Shown: in pieces, positions 1 to 7,400 of the stretch
Numbering within the stretch: the first letter of the stretch is position 1
How the letters are laid out: each line of letters starts with the position of its first letter
Virus record (IMG/VR): IMGVR_UViG_3300027963_000064
Reading direction: 5' to 3' (one strand)
Length of the DNA stretch: 20,000 nt
Origin: an uncultured virus (IMG/VR IMGVR_UViG_3300027963_000064)
Lineage: Duplodnaviria; Heunggongvirae; Uroviricota; Caudoviricetes
Translations under genes and position numbers: made by a program
Notes under the pieces: model-generated
Told to the model about the DNA's origin: nothing
Databases searched by the model: none
The model's input: the letters and a program-made list of their open reading frames with translations, nothing else

Positions 1-164
1 ATATTCAAAATATGAATACTAATACAGCGCAAGCCATTATTAATCAACGAAATAAAACTATAGAAACCAAAGGTAGCGTTGGGCAGGAAGAATTTTACGA
101 TGAAAAAATAAAACTACATACGCAAAAGATGGAAATGGCCTCAAAACAAGCTAAATCAAAGTAA
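1..164 (+). CDS. 3' end of an upstream phage gene (partial, hypothetical protein)
   Basis: Frame +3 is open from base 3 (IQNMNTNTAQAIINQRNKTIETKGSVGQEEFYDEKIKLHTQKMEMASKQAKSK*) to TAA at 162-164. The stop overlaps the AGGAG ribosome-binding site of the next gene. Confidence 0.7.
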   Translation, partial: IQNMNTNTAQAIINQRNKTIETKGSVGQEEFYDEKIKLHTQKMEMASKQAKSK

Positions 165-168
165 GGAG
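164..168 (+). promoter_or_regulatory. Shine-Dalgarno site for the ORF at 174
   Basis: TAAGGAG: AGGAG at 164-168 lies 5 nt before ATG 174 and overlaps the upstream stop. Confidence 0.75.
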
Positions 169-173
169 TTTAT

Positions 174-521
174 ATGGACAACTTGAATAATAGATCAGAT
201 TACAAAAAGGCCAGAGAGGAAAGATACAAGCAAGAGTCAAAAGAAAGACTCTCCAAAATTCTTAAAAAGAAAATTCAAACTACTATGATTGGCGCTCTAA
301 GTAGTATTGAAGACAATTTTAGTTTTTTGTGGGAAACTGTCGATGGTAAACTAACAAAAGATCAGCAAATTATTAAAGATGTTTTTCAAAAGGTGCGTTC
401 AGAAATACTAGATAAGGGAAATAATCAAGCACGTAATATTGATGCAGAATTGGCCCAGTATGATGTAGAGTGGCTAAGATATTCGATTAAGATTCCAGTT
501 ATTCAACCAGAAAAGAAATAG
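174..521 (+). CDS. Hypothetical phage protein, 115 aa, helical and charged (tail module)
   Basis: ORF with a strong SD, tightly packed between co-oriented neighbours. No family motif recognised. Confidence 0.8.
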   Translation: MDNLNNRSDYKKAREERYKQESKERLSKILKKKIQTTMIGALSSIEDNFSFLWETVDGKLTKDQQIIKDVFQKVRSEILDKGNNQARNIDAELAQYDVEWLRYSIKIPVIQPEKK

Positions 522-524
522 GAG
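520..524 (+). promoter_or_regulatory. Shine-Dalgarno site for the ORF at 531
   Basis: TAGGAG: AGGAG at 520-524 overlaps the TAG stop at 519-521 and lies 6 nt before ATG 531. Confidence 0.75.
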
Positions 525-530
525 ATTATT

Positions 531-1361
531 ATGTCAAAGGAAAAGGATAAAGCTATTGAAGTCAAGGTTAAAGACGGCGAAGGCGAAAAGACAGTCAAGA
601 TTGTTGTAAAAAGACCACAAAGCGCAGTAATGTCTCAAGCTCAAAGAGTTTCTGCCAAGGCTTGGACAGATTGCGTGAGAGATGGAATTATGACAAAAAA
701 GGAACTATCCAAGTTCATGAAAGAACAGGGTATTTGGGACAAGGGCAAGGACGTAGAACAGGACAAGATTAGTGCAGAAATAATCGCCTTAGAAAAGCAG
801 CTATATGTTGGCGAAAGCAAGAATGCCAAAGTAAAGGCTTCTGAAGCTAAAAATATAGCTATTGAAATGAGAAAGAAGCGAAATGAGCTAAGAGAGCTAA
901 TTGCTGAAAAAATGGCTCTTGAGCAAAATACCGCAGAAGCCATTTCTGACAATGCCAGATTTGAGTTTTTAGTTGCCAACTGTGCTTTCTATGAAAATGG
1001 CAATAAAGTGTATAATTCAGTAGACGAATACCTCGAAAAGTCAGACAGCGAAGTTGCATTTGCGGCAGCTACAGCCCTAGCTCAAATGATGTATTCTATC
1101 GACAAAGACTTCGAAGCCAACCTTCCAGAAAACAAGTTTCTTAAACAGTACCATTTCGTTAATGACGATCTCTCCCTAGTTAACGAAAAGGGTGAAACGA
1201 TTGATCTAGAAGGTCGCAGAATTAATAACCTAGGACAGTACATCAACGATGAGGGACAGCGAACTGATAAAGACGGAAACGTACTAGATGAGAATGGTAA
1301 TTATGTGCCATCTGTCGTGTATGTTGATGATAAAGGCAAGAAAGTGAATCCTGAAGGATAG
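531..1361 (+). CDS. Coiled-coil phage protein with C-terminal 7-aa (D/N)xxG repeats; candidate tail assembly chaperone by position
   Basis: 276 aa with a strong SD, directly upstream of the TMP where tail chaperones usually sit. It has a central heptad-like E/K-rich helix and C-terminal [IV]-[DN]-x-x-G repeats. The function is inferred from synteny only. Confidence 0.6.
   Translation: MSKEKDKAIEVKVKDGEGEKTVKIVVKRPQSAVMSQAQRVSAKAWTDCVRDGIMTKKELSKFMKEQGIWDKGKDVEQDKISAEIIALEKQLYVGESKNAKVKASEAKNIAIEMRKKRNELRELIAEKMALEQNTAEAISDNARFEFLVANCAFYENGNKVYNSVDEYLEKSDSEVAFAAATALAQMMYSIDKDFEANLPENKFLKQYHFVNDDLSLVNEKGETIDLEGRRINNLGQYINDEGQRTDKDGNVLDENGNYVPSVVYVDDKGKKVNPEG
1158..1358 (+). repeat. Protein-level tandem 7-aa repeats [IVLT]-[DN]-x-x-G-x-x (about 8 units)
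   Basis: VNDDLSL-VNEKGET-IDLEGRR-INNLGQY-INDEGQR-TDKDGNV-LDENGNY ... VDDKGKK-VNPEG. Confidence 0.8.
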
Positions 1362-1405
1362 TTTGTAGGAAGTGGATAGTGTGGTCTTTAACAGTATAGG
1401 GCGTT

Positions 1406-4400
1406 ATGTCTAGATTCGTACTGACTGCACAGCTACAGCTTCAAGCCCCCAATAACGTAGCGCAAGTTGTTAGCCAGATTCAAAATCAGCTAAATAATGT
1501 TAGCGTAAACGTTCAAGTTCGCGGTTCGGCCCAAGCTAATCAGCAAATACAGCAAATAACTCAATCTACCCAAGCCGCAACCACTGCGGCTGGTAGAATG
1601 GGTAATGCTTTTGCTGTTTCTATTCGTCGCTTTGCGGCTTTTTCTATTGCAACTAGAGCAGTAGGGCTATTTACTAGCACATTAGCTGATGCTGTTAAGA
1701 CGGCCATTGATTTTGAACGAGAATTGATTAAAATTTCTCAGGTTACTGGGAAAAGTGTTAGCGGTTTAAGAGATTTAACTGACTCAGTAACTTCACTAGC
1801 TACTGGACTTGGTGTTACCTCTGGTTCTTTATTAGAGGTTACAACGGTTTTAACCCAAGCTGGTTTATCTAGTGATGATACCAAGGTTGCTCTAGAATCT
1901 TTAGCTAAAGCCGCCCTTGCTCCTAACTTTGATAGTATTTCAGAAACGGCAGAAGGCGCTATTGCTATTCTTGCTCAGTTTAAACAGGGTGTTGGAGCAT
2001 TAGAAGGTCAGCTTAGTTCTATCGACGCTGTTGCTGGCGCGTTCGCGGTAGAAGCTGGTGACTTGATTGACGTTATTCGCCGTTCTGGTGGTGTGTTCAA
2101 GGCTTCTGGCGGTAGTCTTAACGAACTACTCGCGTTATTTACATCAGTAAGAGCCACAACCCGTGAAAGCGCAGAAAGTATTGGTACAGGTTTAAGAACT
2201 ATCTTCACACGTATTCAACGACCAGAAACGATTGAGTTCTTAAAACAGTTTGGTGTTGAGCTTGTTGATCTTAATGGTAAGTTCGTTGGACCTTATGAAG
2301 CCATTAAAAGACTTAGTGAAGCAATTAGTGGACTAGGAGAAGGCGACTTAACATTTATCAAGATTGCTGAAGAGCTTGGTGGATTCAGACAAATTGGTAA
2401 GGTTCTTCCACTATTACAGCAATTTAGCACAGCACAAGCTGCCCTAAATGTCGCTCAAAATGCTGGTAATGGTCTTACAAAAAATGCAGAAGCTGCACAG
2501 GCATCTTTAGCAATTAGAATTATTAAAGTTAGAGAAGAATTTTTAGCTTTAGTAAGATCAATGACGGAAACGCCAACGTTCCAAATTATGGCTAATGCTG
2601 CACTGAGTCTAGCTTCAGCTTTGATTAAGATTGCAGACTCTATTAAGCCTTTACTTCCATTACTTGGCGCTGTTGCTGCATTTAAAGCAGTAAAGGGAAT
2701 TGGTGGATTTTTAGGTGGAGTTGGCGCTGGTCTAACTTCTGGTAGAACTTTTCATGCTGGTGGCAGAGTACACGCTTTTGCTACTGGAGGTTTAGTTCCC
2801 GGAATTGGTAATAGCGATACTGTGCCAGCAATGTTAACTCCGGGTGAGTTTGTTATACGTAAAAGTAGTGTGCAAAAACTTGGCGCTAATAATTTAGCAC
2901 ACATGAATACTGGTGGCATTGTACAGAAATTTGCCACCGGTGGCACAGCAGACAAAATTGCTCAAGCAAGATCCCAAAAATTATCTCCAAACCCCAACAA
3001 AGAAAAAACAAAGACATACAAAGATGGTTCTTCATCTTCTCCTGTAGAGTTTGAGGTTAAGCCAAAATCTATTGGTGCATTTTTCATGAATCCGGCAGAA
3101 TCAGCAGATGATTCTATACCATTTGCGAAACAAAAGTTCCAACTCACAAATAAACAACTCCTAAGTTTAAATGGCATTCAGCCAAAAACATTGCGTGACG
3201 ATAATAAATTTGCAGTTGGACAATATGCAAATGCTGTATTAAAACCCGGATCAGTTTCTACATTTTATCCAAGTTTAACAGATATTTCTCGCGGTTCTTT
3301 TAGCGAAATTATACAAAGCAATGTTCAACAAAAATTAACAGAGGCTGTAGTTGATACAGCTAATTTTATTCAAAGCAATAAATTATTAGATATACCTCCA
3401 ATAGATTCCAATGAAGCGTTACTTAGGCAAACAGCCGCAAGTAGAATAGCTCAAGATAAAGGTGCTATTAGAACAACATCTGGCTATTTATTTGAAGGTG
3501 TTATAGATGCTATTACCGGAGCAAAACCAGCTTCTGGAAATGCTAATTTTGACTTTCCACCATCTTCATTACAGGGAAATAAACCAAGATTAGCTTCTTT
3601 GTTTGGAAATCCTGCTGGAATTCAAAACTTAGCACAAGCAGACGCCAAAGCGTCATATTCATCTAAAATAATTTCTGGAGGCGCTGGTAGTGGTAGCATA
3701 CTAAGTAAAATCATCAATTCTATAAATGATGGTAAGCTTGGTGGAATTAAAATGATTGCTAAAAAATCTCTTGGTGGTATAATTCAAAAATTTGCCGTTG
3801 GCGGTAGAGCTAAAGGCATACAGGGCGCGCCACTTGTTGATGATATTCCAAATGCTTCTGGTTCAATTCTACCAAGACCAAGCGCAGCTATACAAGCTTT
3901 AATCAAGGCTGGCGGTGGCGCAATTGACGTTGATAGAACAATTAAACGAACAGTTGGTGACACAGCATACGCCAAAGCCCCAACTCCGGGAGCTAAAGAA
4001 GCCTCACTAAATACATATTTTAGAGATGAAGTCAAACGTCTTCAAGATTTACAATCTGCTCCTGTAACGCAGTTTGGCAAAGAATTAAAAGTTGCAATTA
4101 AGAGTGGACAGTTAGATGCCCGCAAGATAAGCATTATAAGCAAGTCAAAAAGAGTTAAGGGCGCGGCTGAATATTTAAGTTCATTGTTTGGTATTCCAAC
4201 TCAGAATATGATTTTTACTCAGGGTGGTAGTAAACAGCCCGCTTTAGATGCTATTAGAAATAAAGGCTCTAGAGTAGACCGCGTAAAATTTGCTACCGGC
4301 GGCAATGTTGGAACAGATACAGTTCCTGCATTATTAACTCCCGGCGAGTTCGTTGTTAATAAAGCGTCAGCACAACGTATTGGCTATGGCAATCTTAATC

Positions 4401-7400
4401 GCATGAATAAGGTTGGTAAATATGCCAAGGGTGGCGTAGTACAGCATTTTGCTACTGGTGGAACAGCAACAGGTGGAACAAAATCAGTTGTTAGCAATAT
4501 TCCAGTTCCCGGCTTTGAAACAAAAGCTCCAACATTGCTTAATAAAATAATTGCACAATTAACAGGAACATTTTCAGTCGTTGATGTAGACTTAAAGAAA
4601 AGCTCTAAACAATTTAAACTTCTTCAAACAATTACACCAGATTTAGCTAAATCTTTAATGGATTATGCTCAAGCTTCAAATTTAAATGTTAAACAAACGG
4701 GACAATTAGCCGGTGCATATTCTAAGCTTGTTGGCACAATGTTAATGCAAGGAGATAAAGATTCTCAAATAGTTGCTAGTATGCAACCATATGTAGAAGC
4801 ACTGAAAGCAGATACTAACGCTAAATTAAATTCAGCCAAAGCTACAGCATCAATGACACCAGTAAATGCGGCTGCATCTAAATTTCCATCGCTTACTCAG
4901 TCTACACCAACTCCGCAGACTTCATCATTTCCTCAATTAGTAAGTAAGCCAGCACAGCAACAACAGCAAGCAAATAGTTCCACATCTACTATGGCAACTT
5001 CTGCTAATACTACAGCTATTGCTAGTAATACACAAGCTCAAAAAAGTGCAGCCCAAAGCGCTATTGGCGTTGTAAATAATAATAAAATGTTTGCTGCTTC
5101 TATGGCTACCAGTTTAATTGCAGGATTTTTACCAGCCGTGGATGAAAACAGTGGAGCTATATTGCGTGTTACGCAGTCCCTTTTTGCTATGACTACCGCC
5201 GTGTTTGGAACTTTAGCCGCTTTAGAAGCTATGAATCTTAGTTTGAATAAACAAACAATATCTAATGTATTAGATTTGTTGTCTGGTAAAGGTGGAGCAA
5301 TAGCTAGTAAGGTTGGACAATTTGCTGGAAATGCTTTAGGTGGAACTAAGATTGGTGGCATGATTGCCCCAATGGGTAATCTTGGTGGCGGGCTAGGGGC
5401 TAAAGCCGTACAAACATCAATTACTCAAGCTGCAACTGCGATTGGTGGCATAGTTGGTCCATTAGTTGGAGCAACTGCTTCATTTTTTGCAATACAAGCT
5501 GCTGGAAATTTATTAACTGAAGCTTTTATGAATTATGAAGGAAGACTAAAGAAAGCAAAAGAAACCGGAAACGTAGAAGGTGCTAGAAAAATAGCCACCG
5601 AACAACAGTCATCTAAAACAGCAGTAAATATGGTTGCCGGTACAGTTTCTGGAGCTATTATTGGCACTTTATTAACTCCTATTTTGGGTCCATTTGGAGT
5701 ACAACTTGGTGCCGCTGCTGGTGGGTTGATTGCTAAATCTTTATCTGATTTACCAGAATATTCAGGACAAGTAGCGGCAAGTCAGGCAGCTACAATAAAA
5801 GCTCAAAACTCTTTAGCAAAAGCTAGTGAAGATGCTACCAAAGCCCTATCTGATTTTGAAAAGGGTAATATTTCAGCAACAGAATTAATAAAAAGCACAT
5901 CCGGCGCTGCCAACGACGTTGCTACCGCAAAAGCAGAATCTAAAAAATTAAATGATCAATCACAAAAAGAAATATCAAGAGAGGGAGATTTTGGTGGATT
6001 AAGAGGTGGATTAAGAAATGTAGTTACTCTTGGTGGATTACTTGGAGAAAGCACCGGTGAAAAACAGGCTAGAATAGAAGCAGAGCAGAAAAAATCTACA
6101 GCCGATGTATCAAAAGCAGAAAATCAACTTATAACTAGCTCTCAACCAGTACTAAATTCTATATCTGGAGAGGTTGCTAGTTCTGGTGGATCTTTTGAAG
6201 ATGTATTAAGCCGTATTGAAGTAGACAATAAGGGTCTTTACGATGCGCTAATAAGTCAAGGTACTAAGCCTCTATCAGATGCATTTAACAACATAAAGAA
6301 AGAAGTCGAACGCGCCCAAAAAGCATTTAACGCAATGAATCTTGGTATGCAGAATGTTCAGGGTGCAGCAGCCGCAGCAGCACTTGGTGTTAATAATTAT
6401 GTTGCATCACAACAGGCTGGCAATGTTGGATTAGAACAATCATTAGCTGTTCTTGAAGCAAGTGTTACATCTGCTGCGCAAGGAATCAGTAGTGCAGATT
6501 TTGGTAAAGCTTTAAGTGATGCTTCAGAAGTATTATATGAATTTGGAGCTAATCCAGAGCAAGTTACTAAATTTCAACGCAACATTAGCGCCGTTAATGA
6601 TGTTCAGAAAAATCAATCTTCTATATTTGGTGGAGCAAAAGAGAAATTAGCAGAAAATATTCGTGCTTCATCTGGCGCTCAAGGAAGAAGAGAAGCATTT
6701 TCTAAATCTATTGACGAACAACTCAAAGCTTCTGGATATGACGATGCTACAAGGCAACGATTTCAAGATGCTTCAGCAAACATGTCTGATGATCAACTTA
6801 AAGAAATTGGTAAAGGCAACTTTCAAGCTTTCGAAGAATCTATTAATGAGCTTGGCAAAAAGACAATGGAGCAAGTTAATGGTCCACTCAAGGCCGCTAT
6901 TGAAATTCAAAAGCAACTTAACGAATTAACCAAGCAAAGAATTGAAGCTGAACGTCAGCTAATGAGCGCGCAACTAGAAGCTTCCAATGTAAGAATGGAA
7001 GCTATGGACATTGCCGCAAAGTATGGCGGGCCAAAAGTTACTCCAGAAATGCGAGCAAAAAATACAGTTGAGCAAGCAAACATTCAAGCTAGAGGAATTA
7101 ACGGCGTTACAGATCTAAAAACAGGAAGTGCAGCGGAGCTATCAGCTAGAACACAACAGCTATCAGCAAGGCAAGCTGAAATTACTGGAATAAAAACTAG
7201 AGCGGCCCAAGGTGACGCTGCCGCCACACAACAACTACAGGGAGAAAGTGGCACAAAGCTTGCAGAAGAAGAAAAAAGAATTGCCGACGCAGCAAAGAGC
7301 CAAATACAAGCTACTAGAGACTTAATTAAATCTAAAGAAGAAGAGCTTAGAATAATTAAGGAAAAGAACCAACTAGAAAAAAGTTCTATTGATGCTTTGA

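Noticed and set aside
695..701. In-frame slippery heptamer A AAA AAG in the candidate tail chaperone
   Set aside because: The -1 frame reaches a TAG after about 23 codons, so no G/GT-like extended product results. Such A-runs are common in AT-rich DNA.
1008..1015. GTGTATAAT -10-like box inside ORF 531-1361 (also at about 19861)
   Set aside because: It is intragenic, encodes V-Y-N in both cases, has no convincing -35, and is expected by chance in AT-rich DNA. It cannot be supported as a promoter from this window.
1356..1405. 44-nt intergenic gap before the TMP with a short GGATAGT direct repeat and a weak SD
   Set aside because: Too short and lacking a clear hairpin or terminator, so no regulatory element can be supported.
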